Under the pieces are notes generated by a model. The model searched no databases. It worked only from the letters and a program-made list of their open reading frames with translations, and was not told where the DNA came from. From NCBI GenBank assembly GCA_963837175.1, contig CAWIMJ010000057.1, positions 64,001-128,000 of the forward strand: a stretch of DNA of 64,000 nucleotides, read 5' to 3'. The first letter of the stretch is position 1, and the number at the start of each line of letters is the position of its first letter. The DNA is from an uncultured Nitrososphaeraceae archaeon. Lineage in GTDB: Archaea; Thermoproteota; Nitrososphaeria; Nitrososphaerales; Nitrososphaeraceae. The position numbers were made by a program, and so were the translations under genes. Shown here one piece after another: positions 28,707 to 38,094 of the stretch.

Positions 28707-29909
28707 ATGCTCATTGGTATTGTTGGCAAAGCCAATGTTGGAAAGTCCACTTTCTTTAACTCAGCAACAGAACTTACTGCGCAGGCTGCAAATTATCCCT
28801 TCACAACCATTAATTCAAATTTTGGAGTAGCGTATGTCAGACAGAATTGTGTATGTACAGAATTTGGTGTTCAGGACAGTCCTGTTCATTCGATATGCAT
28901 TGAAGGCAATAGATTTATTCCAATAAATTTGATTGATATTCCTGGCCTGGTACCGGGAGCTCACGTAGGCAAAGGCCTAGGAAACAAGTTTTTGGATGAT
29001 GCGAGACAGGCGGACGCTCTGATCCACATAGTCGATGCATCTGGTTCTACAGACAGCGATGGTAAACCTATTAGTCCAGGTACAGGAGATCCCATATCAG
29101 ATGTTAGGTTTGTAGAAGAAGAGTTTGATATGTGGCTCGCCTCGGTTGTTAATAGAGACTGGAATAAAGTTTCCAGAGAAGTGGAAAGTCAAGCACAAAA
29201 ATTGGAACAAATGCTTGTTAAACGATTATCCGGACTAGCTATTAGGCCGGGTTTCATAGCAAATGCTCTAGATGAAACGGGCCTATACAATAAGAAAGCA
29301 GTTTCATGGACACAAGATGATATTTTTAATTTCTGTAAAATTCTTAGGTTAAAATCTAAACCAATTGTTTTAGCTGCAAATAAAGCAGATCTTCCAACAG
29401 TAGACAAAAATATTAATGCATTTAAACAAACAGGTCGTGATGTCATTGTCTGCGCTTCTGAAGCAGAAGTTCTACTCAGAAGAGCTGCAAAAAAAGGGGC
29501 TATTCATTATCTTCCAGGGGATAATTCTTTTAATATCAAACCAGGAGCCGAGTTAAATGATAAGCAAAAAAAGGCGCTCAGCGTGGTAAGTAAGATAATT
29601 TCAAAGTATGGCTCAACAGGGGTACAAGAAGTGATAAATTATGTCTGCTTCAAACTTTTAAATTTGATAGTGGTTTATACTGTAGAAGATGAGTTTAAAT
29701 TATTAGATAAAAAAGGTAATATTCTTCCTGATGCACGATTATTGCCACTAGGAGCCACTGCTAAAGATTTGGCTTATATGATTCATGCTGATTTGGTAAA
29801 GGGTTTCCTCTATGCTATAAATGTACGAACTAAACAGAGACTAAGTGCAGAGTATAAACTCAAAAATAATGATGTTATCAAAATTGTTTCTGCTACAAGT
29901 AGAGGTTGA
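28707..29909 (+). CDS. ychF: Obg-family YchF/Ygr210-type GTPase/ATPase with TGS domain
   Basis: GIVGKANVGKST, NYPFTT, DIPGLVPGA, NKAD and C-terminal TGS motifs. Confidence 0.92.
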   Translation: MLIGIVGKANVGKSTFFNSATELTAQAANYPFTTINSNFGVAYVRQNCVCTEFGVQDSPVHSICIEGNRFIPINLIDIPGLVPGAHVGKGLGNKFLDDARQADALIHIVDASGSTDSDGKPISPGTGDPISDVRFVEEEFDMWLASVVNRDWNKVSREVESQAQKLEQMLVKRLSGLAIRPGFIANALDETGLYNKKAVSWTQDDIFNFCKILRLKSKPIVLAANKADLPTVDKNINAFKQTGRDVIVCASEAEVLLRRAAKKGAIHYLPGDNSFNIKPGAELNDKQKKALSVVSKIISKYGSTGVQEVINYVCFKLLNLIVVYTVEDEFKLLDKKGNILPDARLLPLGATAKDLAYMIHADLVKGFLYAINVRTKQRLSAEYKLKNNDVIKIVSATSRG

Positions 29910-29918
29910 TCATATAAA

Positions 29919-30932
29919 ATGATATCTCTCGGATTAGAAAGTACTGCCCATACATTCGGTTGCTCTGTTGTGGAAAAGAAACCAACTAATAGTAATATTG
30001 GCAAAGTGCTTTCAGATAAAAGAGATGTTTACAGACCGCCTGAAGGTTCTGGAATACATCCACGTGAGGCATCGAGACATCACACCGAAAAATCTATCGA
30101 TATTTTGAAGCGTTCACTAGAAGAAGCACGAATCACTATAAAGGATGTAGATATTATAGCCTATTCTGCAGGACCGGGCTTAGGGCCTTGTCTAAGAATA
30201 GGCGCGGTGATCGGAAGAACATTATCTACTTTCTACAAAAAACCACTTATCCCCGTTAATCATGCGTTGGCGCATATAGAATTAGGAATTATGCTTTCAC
30301 GTGCTTCAGATCCTCTGGTATTGCTCGTTTCTGGTGGCCATACAATGATACTGGCCTTCTCAAAAAATAAATGGAGAGTTTTTGGAGAAACTCTTGATAT
30401 TACTATAGGACAACTGCTCGACCAATTTGGACGATCATTAGGTTTTTCCTCTCCATGTGGAGACAAGATAGAACAACTTGCAAATGGATCCTCCCAAAAA
30501 TACATGTCTCTACCTTATGTTGTCAAAGGAAATGATGTCTCTTTCTCAGGATTGCTTACATTTGCAAAGAAGCTTGTTCAAGATAAAAAAAATGAATTGT
30601 CAGAGATCTGCTATTCAATACAAGAGACGGCATTTGCCATGCTCACAGAAACGGTAGAACGTGCTCTGTCATTTACTGGCAAAAGAGAAGTGATGATCGT
30701 GGGAGGAGTTGCAGCAAACAAGAGACTTGTACAAATGCTTGAAATCGCATGTAAAAGACAAAATGGAAAATTTTACGTTTGCCCTCTCCAATTCGCGGGA
30801 GACAATGGAGCCCAAATCGCGTGGACTGGAATTCTTTATTATAATAGGATCAAGAAGGGTGTAACTATAGAAGAATCCTTTATAGATCAATCCTGGAGAA
30901 TTGATACTGTAGATGTTTGCTGGCGTGATTAA
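29919..30932 (+). CDS. kae1: KEOPS t6A N6-threonylcarbamoyltransferase Kae1
   Basis: LGLESTAHT, GIHPREA, GPGLGPCL, NHALAHIE, VSGGHT, GGVAAN and DNGAQIAW motifs. Confidence 0.97.
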   Translation: MISLGLESTAHTFGCSVVEKKPTNSNIGKVLSDKRDVYRPPEGSGIHPREASRHHTEKSIDILKRSLEEARITIKDVDIIAYSAGPGLGPCLRIGAVIGRTLSTFYKKPLIPVNHALAHIELGIMLSRASDPLVLLVSGGHTMILAFSKNKWRVFGETLDITIGQLLDQFGRSLGFSSPCGDKIEQLANGSSQKYMSLPYVVKGNDVSFSGLLTFAKKLVQDKKNELSEICYSIQETAFAMLTETVERALSFTGKREVMIVGGVAANKRLVQMLEIACKRQNGKFYVCPLQFAGDNGAQIAWTGILYYNRIKKGVTIEESFIDQSWRIDTVDVCWRD

Positions 30933-30939
30933 CGATCGC

Positions 30940-31260
30940 TTATGTTGTCAATTTTTGCTTCTCGATTGCCTTTGCCCACTTGCCATTATTAAAAACGCCA
31001 AATTTGTAAGATGTGTGATCAACAATAATTGTAACTTTTTTTATCAAAAAGCCTTCTGTCTTTACAGATGATATTTTATCAAGGCGGATGTCTAAGACTA
31101 CGTCTCCAGTTTTTTTTGAGAGAACAACCATACTTCCCTCAGTCTTTTCGAAGATGAGCCTTCGGTTAGTTAAAGTGAGTATACCATTTCTTAATTTATC
31201 TTCTGCGCAATCTTCTTGTAGGATTATTTTCTCTCCACTTCCTCGTTCAACAGAACTCAC
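30940..31260 (-). CDS. Small PH/GRAM-like domain protein
   Basis: GEKIILQE...GILTLTNRRLIF...IRLDKISSV...W pattern of bacterial/archaeal PH-like domains. Confidence 0.7.
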   Translation of the reverse strand: MSSVERGSGEKIILQEDCAEDKLRNGILTLTNRRLIFEKTEGSMVVLSKKTGDVVLDIRLDKISSVKTEGFLIKKVTIIVDHTSYKFGVFNNGKWAKAIEKQKLTT

Positions 31261-31269
31261 ATTTTTATC

Positions 31270-31914
31270 TTGATGCGCAATGATATATTACTATTGCATC
31301 AGACAAAGAAACTGCTTAAGAGAGGAGCCGAGGCGGACATTTATCTTCGAAGCTGGTATGGTAAATTAACGATCTCAAAGGTTAGGAATGTAAAGCCATA
31401 TAGGCATAAATCATTAGATGATCAAATTCGCAAAAGTCGAACAATCAATGAAGCCAATATGATTTCCGCTTCTAAAATAACAGGCGTTGTATCCCCCTTC
31501 TTATATTTTGTAGATCCTTTTTATGCAGAAATCATAATGGAATTCGTAGATGGTAAAGTTGCAAAGGATGTGATAACTCCCAGATTGTGCGAAGAGATTG
31601 GAAAATATACCGCATTGCTTCATACAAATGATATTATTCACGGAGATCTGACAACATCAAATTTTATCATCAGTAAAAAATTAGTGATACTTGATTTTGG
31701 GTTATCTTATTATTCTCAGCGTAGGGAAGATCGCGCAGTAGATATTAGATTAATTAAGGAGATATTTAGTAGCGCACATGTGTCATACTATAAAGAAATT
31801 TATGAAGGCTTTCTACGAGGATATTCTGAGATATGTGGAGAATATGAAACTCAAAAAATCTTGAAAAATGTTTCAGAAATTGAAAGGCGAGGAAGATATA
31901 CACAATTCATTTAG
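31270..31914 (+). CDS. bud32: KEOPS kinase Bud32
   Basis: KRGAEADIY, KPYRH, IIHGDLTTSN, LDFGLS, AVDI and C-terminal RRGRY motifs. Confidence 0.96.
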   Translation: MMRNDILLLHQTKKLLKRGAEADIYLRSWYGKLTISKVRNVKPYRHKSLDDQIRKSRTINEANMISASKITGVVSPFLYFVDPFYAEIIMEFVDGKVAKDVITPRLCEEIGKYTALLHTNDIIHGDLTTSNFIISKKLVILDFGLSYYSQRREDRAVDIRLIKEIFSSAHVSYYKEIYEGFLRGYSEICGEYETQKILKNVSEIERRGRYTQFI

Positions 31915-32536
31915 TAATGAGATTATCTTAAAACTTTGGACCTTCATTGCATATGCATATGTTGTGTTACCATGATACATATGTACTACAAACCTTAATT
32001 CTAACAAAAAATGTTGTCTTGAGTAAACTGGGTTTGTACAATCCATTGAATTCATTGGATGAATTTCTCCTTAAATAAAACTAAATAATTATTTAAGATA
32101 CTGAAAAGACTGACTAGTATTAGGTTTGTATTTCCTGAAAGATTTATCAAAAATAAAATAATAGAAATACTTAAAATACTTATAGAATTTATATATCGTA
32201 AAAGGAGTAATTATTAGATGCATAAATGCCAATACAGAATTGAACCAGAAAATCAGTAAGTACTTTCCTAGTTCTTAACATCTAATTGAATTGTTTTAAT
32301 CTTATTCATTGATAGATATATAACGAAATAGACTGTCTGTGATTGGTTATGTAAAGTAATTTTGTTCTCGAGATACTGCAATCACTATGTTATGCAGTTT
32401 GTTGAATCCTCAATACAATATATACACACTTATAAAATCTAAGAATATCATCAACTTTCATAAACTGATCCACTGGCTGGTGCTTTTCAACAAAATATGA
32501 ATGTCCTTTTATGTCTGATATTACCCATTATATTAA

Positions 32537-33109
32537 ATGAAATCACTTTACTTTGCAAGTAATAATTATGATAAGTATGTAGAGATTCAGCCTGTCTTGC
32601 AAAAATATTCGATTGATGTTCATTTTTCAAGAATGAAATTAACTGAAATTCAGTCTACATTTTTGATCGAAATAGCGATAGAGAAATCAAAATCTGCGTT
32701 TGAAAAGATATCGATGCCTATTATCGTAGAGGATGATGGACTTTATATTGATGAGCTGAATGGTTTTCCTGGTCAATATTCTTCTTACATCTTTGAGACT
32801 ATTGGCAATGACGGAATACTAAAATTATTAATCGATTCAAAAACAAGAATCGCTTATTTTAAATCGGTCTTTGTATTCTATGACGGTAAGATTTTACAGA
32901 GTTTTGTAGGTGAAACAAAAGGGAAGATAGCTCGTAGACCGATGGGTAGAGGCTGGGGATACGATCCATTGTTTATTCCTAATGGAATCGAACTAACGTT
33001 TGGTCAATTAGATGAAGAAAATAGAAAGGAAGAGTTTTCTCATCGCACACAGGCATTGATAAAATTTGCAGACTGGTATAAATGCAAAAAAGAGAATATT
33101 ATTTATTAA
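32537..33109 (+). CDS. rdgB: Non-canonical purine NTP pyrophosphatase (RdgB/HAM1)
   Basis: FASNNYDK, EIQS, EDDGLYIDELNGFPG, GWGYDPLF and SHR motifs. Confidence 0.95.
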   Translation: MKSLYFASNNYDKYVEIQPVLQKYSIDVHFSRMKLTEIQSTFLIEIAIEKSKSAFEKISMPIIVEDDGLYIDELNGFPGQYSSYIFETIGNDGILKLLIDSKTRIAYFKSVFVFYDGKILQSFVGETKGKIARRPMGRGWGYDPLFIPNGIELTFGQLDEENRKEEFSHRTQALIKFADWYKCKKENIIY

Positions 33110-33471
33110 ATAAGTAATGTCATCCCAACAGTTTAATGAGAATATGGACAAATGTAACCAATATTCCACATTTTTATATAGAGTTGAACATGATATATGC
33201 TTAACAGATTTTTTATTCTCATCACTTTGTAATCAGGAGTTAGCAATCTCTGGGAGTTGAATATTTTTGGTCGTGCTGATAACTGTTACGATTATTATCT
33301 ATGACTGAAATCTTATCACTAGGTTAGTCATATACCTATGATTTTGCCTGAGATTCTACAGTCGACTTCTGTAGTTAAGGTATACTAATAAAAACATAAT
33401 TGGTAAGAGATTTTCCTTATCAAAAATTCAAATATTTAATTTCATGCTGTAGTCCATTTGTACATACCTGA

Positions 33472-34506
33472 TTAGTCTATGGGAATATATCCATTAATCC
33501 ATCTATTGATATATCTCTTGTTATTCTGCAAAACTATTATCCTGGAAATCTCACTCTCATCCATTATAGAAAAGTCATCCATTTTGTTATGCAATTGAGA
33601 AGCAAAATTACGGATTTCACTCATTTCAAGCATATTGTTTTTCTTAAGTCGTTGAGTAGACATACCAATATGCATGTATGACTTTAGTTCAATGAAGTGG
33701 GGATTACCCTGTGTCATCATTTCTGCTAATTCTTCGATAATTTTTGTATTATCATTGTATTCTCTGATCATTGTCATTCTTAAGACTGTTCGAGTATCCA
33801 CTGTTGCAAGAAATCTTAAGCTTTCCCACCATCTTTCCCACGCGTCTTTATGACGTGGTCGGTTAATAGTGTAAAACATCTTTCTATTAGATGCATTTGT
33901 GGACAAATATAGTTGAGTAGGCAATGCATCCTCATCAGCCAATCTACGAAGCATTAGCGGTTCCTGACCATTTGTTACTAGGAAGATAGATTTGGTAGCT
34001 TTCAAGTTTTTTAGATATCTTATTAATTGAGGCAACTTTGGATACATTGTAGGTTCGCCAGATAGTGAAATAGCATAGTGAGTAGGAAGCAAAGACTCGT
34101 CTAGCTTTTTCTTCTCATTCTTATGATTTCCATAGAAACCGTTGATCAATTTCTTTCTCTCATGCAATAATTTCTGTACTATAATATCAGGTTCGTCTAC
34201 TAACTCCGTAGGCATTTCCAAAGTATCATAAAATTCAGTTGGACGCCAACAATATACACATCTGTTCTCGCAGTTCATAGCAGCTGGAGTCATTTCCATA
34301 CATTGGTGAGTCGAAATTCCGTAGAACTTATGCTTATAGCAATTTCCTTCATTTGCAAATGACTTTTTTGTCCAATGACATAGTTCAACAGCGGAATGGT
34401 TATACACTCCGTACTTTGCCTTCTGTAATTTTGATTTTATGGGTAAAGTAATTTGGATAAGATTGTTTTGGGTGGTATGCGATATGTGTTCGTCAGAACA
34501 ACTCAT
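33472..34506 (-). CDS. taw1: 4-demethylwyosine synthase (radical SAM)
   Basis: HSAVELCHWTK, CYKHKFYGI, CENRCVYCWRP and AISLSGEPT motifs. Confidence 0.96.
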   Translation of the reverse strand: MSCSDEHISHTTQNNLIQITLPIKSKLQKAKYGVYNHSAVELCHWTKKSFANEGNCYKHKFYGISTHQCMEMTPAAMNCENRCVYCWRPTEFYDTLEMPTELVDEPDIIVQKLLHERKKLINGFYGNHKNEKKKLDESLLPTHYAISLSGEPTMYPKLPQLIRYLKNLKATKSIFLVTNGQEPLMLRRLADEDALPTQLYLSTNASNRKMFYTINRPRHKDAWERWWESLRFLATVDTRTVLRMTMIREYNDNTKIIEELAEMMTQGNPHFIELKSYMHIGMSTQRLKKNNMLEMSEIRNFASQLHNKMDDFSIMDESEISRIIVLQNNKRYINRWINGYIPID

Positions 34507-34924
34507 TAGAATGATTATTCAATAGGAGCATTTAAAGTTTGCAATATTTGAAAAGCATGAGAAAGCTATGTGTAATAAGAATTTGTATATTGTTCTAGAA
34601 TTCTAAAATTTTTATAAGATTTCGTTCCGTCTACTCTATTCATAGATTTTGGCAAATATAATTTTGGTATTAGGTTCGAATGTAGATATTTAATAGATAT
34701 CTCAGGAATGGTTTTCGAATATTTTCTAAATTTCAGAATATATTGCATATGTTATATCGTAAATAAGAGATGCTTTTTCCATTAAAGTCAGCAATCTATT
34801 AACTTATCACAAATATTCTAAGGTAAGATTCAGAAGTCTCAGTAGGACTTAGAATATTATGCCACAACATTATAGATAACAAGATCACATTTTTAATTGT
34901 CAAATACTGAATAATTGCTGTGGT

Positions 34925-35743
34925 GTGATGATCGACACTAATGAAATTATGAATATTGGACTCGAACTTGTAAATTGGAAGAGGATACCTCCAGATAGTG
35001 CGATTCATGTCAAGGGGAGAAAAATCCATAAAGCCTTGATTGCAGTTGATGCGACGTCTGCCGAAATAATACTTGCAAAAAATTTGGGATGTGATGTGGT
35101 AATTACACATCATCCATTAGGCTCTGCCGCACTTAATTTTTACAAAGTCTTTGATACACATATCAATTTTATGTTAGAGCATGGAATTCCACATGACAAG
35201 GCATCTGATAGCGTAAGGAAGTTGAAGGATAGGATTGAAATTAAAAGTCATGCGCAAATATATACTGATGTAGTAGCCACCGCGAGAATTTTGGGAGTGC
35301 CTCTTGTAAATATTCACCAGCCATGCGACGAGTATGTAAGAAGAAGAATCTTTAACAAGATAAAGAAAAGTGATCCTAATCTAGTTTTGGACATAGTAAA
35401 ATCAATTGAAGAGATTCCTGAATTCAGAAACTCAGAAACTAAGATAAAGGTTTGTTATGGAAGTTCTAAAAATAAAATTGGACGGTGGGCACTTGTTATC
35501 GCTGCAGGAACTAATGGAGGATTTCCAATTGCTAAAGCATATTTTGAACATGGAATTTCAACACTAATCTATCTGCATATTGATTATAATGAACTGATGA
35601 AAATTTATGAGGGCAACTTGAAAGGTAATCTTATTATTCTAGGCCACCTCGCAGGCGATTCGATCGGATTAAATGCATTAGCTGATAGATTAGAAGAGAA
35701 CGGACTTGAGACTGTCAGGTTGGGAATTATACCTTCAACTTAG
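34925..35743 (+). CDS. NIF3/DUF34-like dinuclear metal protein
   Basis: ALIAVD, DVVITHHP, NIHQPCD, GTNGG and GHLAGDSIG motifs. Confidence 0.75.
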   Translation: MMIDTNEIMNIGLELVNWKRIPPDSAIHVKGRKIHKALIAVDATSAEIILAKNLGCDVVITHHPLGSAALNFYKVFDTHINFMLEHGIPHDKASDSVRKLKDRIEIKSHAQIYTDVVATARILGVPLVNIHQPCDEYVRRRIFNKIKKSDPNLVLDIVKSIEEIPEFRNSETKIKVCYGSSKNKIGRWALVIAAGTNGGFPIAKAYFEHGISTLIYLHIDYNELMKIYEGNLKGNLIILGHLAGDSIGLNALADRLEENGLETVRLGIIPST

Positions 35744-35833
35744 AAAAGAGAAATTATGCAGTACGTGTTTCATGAGACTCCTGACGCAATATTTAACAAT
35801 TATATATATAGTAATTGTTGCAATTTATTAAAT

Positions 35834-35939
35834 GGCCTTCGTAGTATAGCCTGGTTAGTATAGGCGGCTGTGGTCGATGGCTCGTAAAGGAGTTTATGGT
35901 AGAAACCGCTTGAGGAGGGTTCAAATCCCTCCGAAGGCC
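35834..35939 (+). tRNA. tRNA-His(GUG) with encoded G-1 and a 31-nt intron at 37/38 (35874-35904)
   Basis: Acceptor stem GCCTTCG/CGAAGGC with G-1:C73, anticodon arm GGCGG-CTGTGG^A-CCGCT, T arm GAGGG-TTCAAAT-CCCTC; bulge-helix-bulge CTGT/GTAG with GGT and AAA bulges. Confidence 0.95.
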
Positions 35940-36069
35940 CATATTGATTATCGCTTCTCCTAACCAGTTATTATAAACGCTAAGAACAATCTAAATTTTA
36001 TAATCAAGTAATATATTTGCCCAAGTATCTTGGTGATAATATTTTTAAGCGAAATTACGTAAGCACAGA

Positions 36070-36459
36070 ATGACAATGTCAAATGGGAGTATTTTGATAG
36101 TTGATGATGAATTAGATATTACCCTTGCCTTCAAAAAGGGTTTAGAAAGGAATGGATTTCTAGTAGATATATACAACGATCCTATCCTAGCCCTCTCTAA
36201 TTTTAAATCAGGATTTTATGATTTGCTATTAGTGGATGTTCGAATGCCTAAAATGAACGGCTTTGAATTATATCAAGAAATAGAAAAGGTAGACAAAAAA
36301 GCAAAGGTTTGTTTTATTACTGCTTTTGAAGTTTATTATCATGCATTAAAGGAAATATTTCCGACACTAGAGGTAGGGTGTTTTATTCGAAAGCCAATCG
36401 AAATTGATGATTTAGTAAAAAAAATAAATTCAGAGCTACATTCAAGGAAGATTGAATAA
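36070..36459 (+). CDS. Single-domain response regulator (receiver)
   Basis: ILIVDDE, DLLLVDVRMPKMNG, FITAF and FIRKP motifs. Confidence 0.95.
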   Translation: MTMSNGSILIVDDELDITLAFKKGLERNGFLVDIYNDPILALSNFKSGFYDLLLVDVRMPKMNGFELYQEIEKVDKKAKVCFITAFEVYYHALKEIFPTLEVGCFIRKPIEIDDLVKKINSELHSRKIE

Positions 36460-36574
36460 TTGAACTTTCTAATTAGCTGATACTCTTTAGATTAGTAATA
36501 GGGAAAGCAGAATACACGCTCTAAATGTAAAAAAATCTTGAATCAATTTCCGACTATATTAAATAAAGATAAAG

Positions 36575-37598
36575 TTAATGCTTAAGGTTAAAACTGAATC
36601 TGTTATATCTTGTGGTTGCTATGATGAATGCTATGATGGCTATCCCCAATATGATTGCAGCAATTGGTCCAAATTCTGGTATGATGTGAGTACCCGCAAT
36701 TTCTATTTTCTCAGCACCTTTATCAAACCCAATTTGTAGTGTCCTTACTTCATTATTATTTGTTATTTCTTCAAAGGCTTTGGGTTGGTCATCAATGAAT
36801 ACTGCGTAATCTTCATCAGTATTTCCTTGTGCTTTTGAGTCAATTACATTTCTTGGAAGTTCAATTGTTAATGTTCCGTCTTCACTTGAAGCAATGTTTA
36901 TCAAAAATGTTGATTGGGCTGGATCTGCACTTATATTAGTGACTTCTCCTCCTGTAGTATTATACTTGAGAGGATATTTTTGATTATTTATTGTTACATC
37001 AAATGTGTTATTAGTTGATGTTCTAGTGCCTGTAGCATTACTTCCTTGAGTAGCTCGCAGTGCCTGTAGCATTACTTCCTTGAGTAGCTGCAGTGCCTGT
37101 AGCATTACTTCCTTGAGTAGCTGCAGTGCCTGTAGCACCTTTCGCTGTTATTTGAGTACCCGCAATTTCTATTTTCTCAGCACCTTTATCAAACCCAATT
37201 TGTAGTGTCCTTACTTCATTATTATTTGTTATTTCTTCAAAGGCTTTGGGTTGGTCATCAATGAATACTGCGTAATCTTCATCAGTATTTCCTTGTGCTT
37301 TTGAGTCAATTACATTTCTTGGAAGTTCAATTGTTAATGTTCCGTCTTCACTTGAAGCAATGTTTATCAAAAATGTTGATTGGGCTGGATCTGCACTTAT
37401 ATTAGTGACTTCTCCTCCTGTAGTATTATACTTGAGAGGATATTTTTGATTATTTATTGTTACATCAAATGTATTAGCATCTGAAATAGTTTGCGCAAAG
37501 GTTGTTTCTATTGTGTATGAATTAATAATTGCAACTGATGACAATAGTATTGCAACCAGTGTGCATATTCCGTAAAACATATTACACTTAAGCGCCAC
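36575..37598 (-). CDS. PEFG-CTERM surface protein with two identical domains, split by a 1-bp insertion at 37056
   Basis: Signal peptide, duplicated domain and C-terminal IPEFG + TM + basic tail; repeat offset of 466 (465+1) and comparison with sister repeats identify the inserted base (340 aa when repaired). Confidence 0.9.
36687..37472. repeat. Exact 320-bp direct repeat (36687-37006 and 37153-37472) around three 33-bp linker repeats (ATQGSNATGTA)
   Basis: Direct comparison of the two copies. Confidence 0.95.
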
Positions 37599-37829
37599 TA
37601 TCCTGTTATATTTCTGTTACTATTTATTGTCTCGCCGATTTTCTATATTGGCTGCATATTGGCGCACTCCATTAATGATTTCATCATAATTGAGACAGAT
37701 CTCTATTTTTACATATAGCACGGATTGAGGCACTATGCTTATATAATGTTACAGTTAGATTGAAAGCAAACATGTTTTTCCTAGATTATAGGATCTTCGC
37801 TAATAAAACAAAAGTGTGGAGGGTTTGTA

Positions 37830-38087
37830 TTGAAATTGTCATCTGAAAAAAAAGTTATGAAAATTACTAATCATATTTTTCAACCCAAGCATGAAATTCT
37901 TTCCAAGAATGAAGCACAAGAAGTTTTGAAACAATACAACACAAAACCAAGTCAACTTCCTTATATTATGCTTAGTGATAAGGGTCTAGAAGACCTTGAT
38001 GTACGCCCCGGTGACGTTATCAAGATTACTAGAAAGAGCACAACTGCAGGTCAAAGTGTATATTACCGCTATGTTGTAGAAGGTTGA
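37830..38087 (+). CDS. rpoH: RNA polymerase subunit H (Rpo5)
   Basis: HIFQPKHEIL, QLPYI, GDVIKITRKS and YYRYV motifs. Confidence 0.97.
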   Translation: MKLSSEKKVMKITNHIFQPKHEILSKNEAQEVLKQYNTKPSQLPYIMLSDKGLEDLDVRPGDVIKITRKSTTAGQSVYYRYVVEG

Positions 38088-38094
38088 ACATATT

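Noticed and set aside
35900-37830. Provirus or integrative element at tRNA-His
   Set aside because: No integrase and no duplicated tRNA 3' end found in the window
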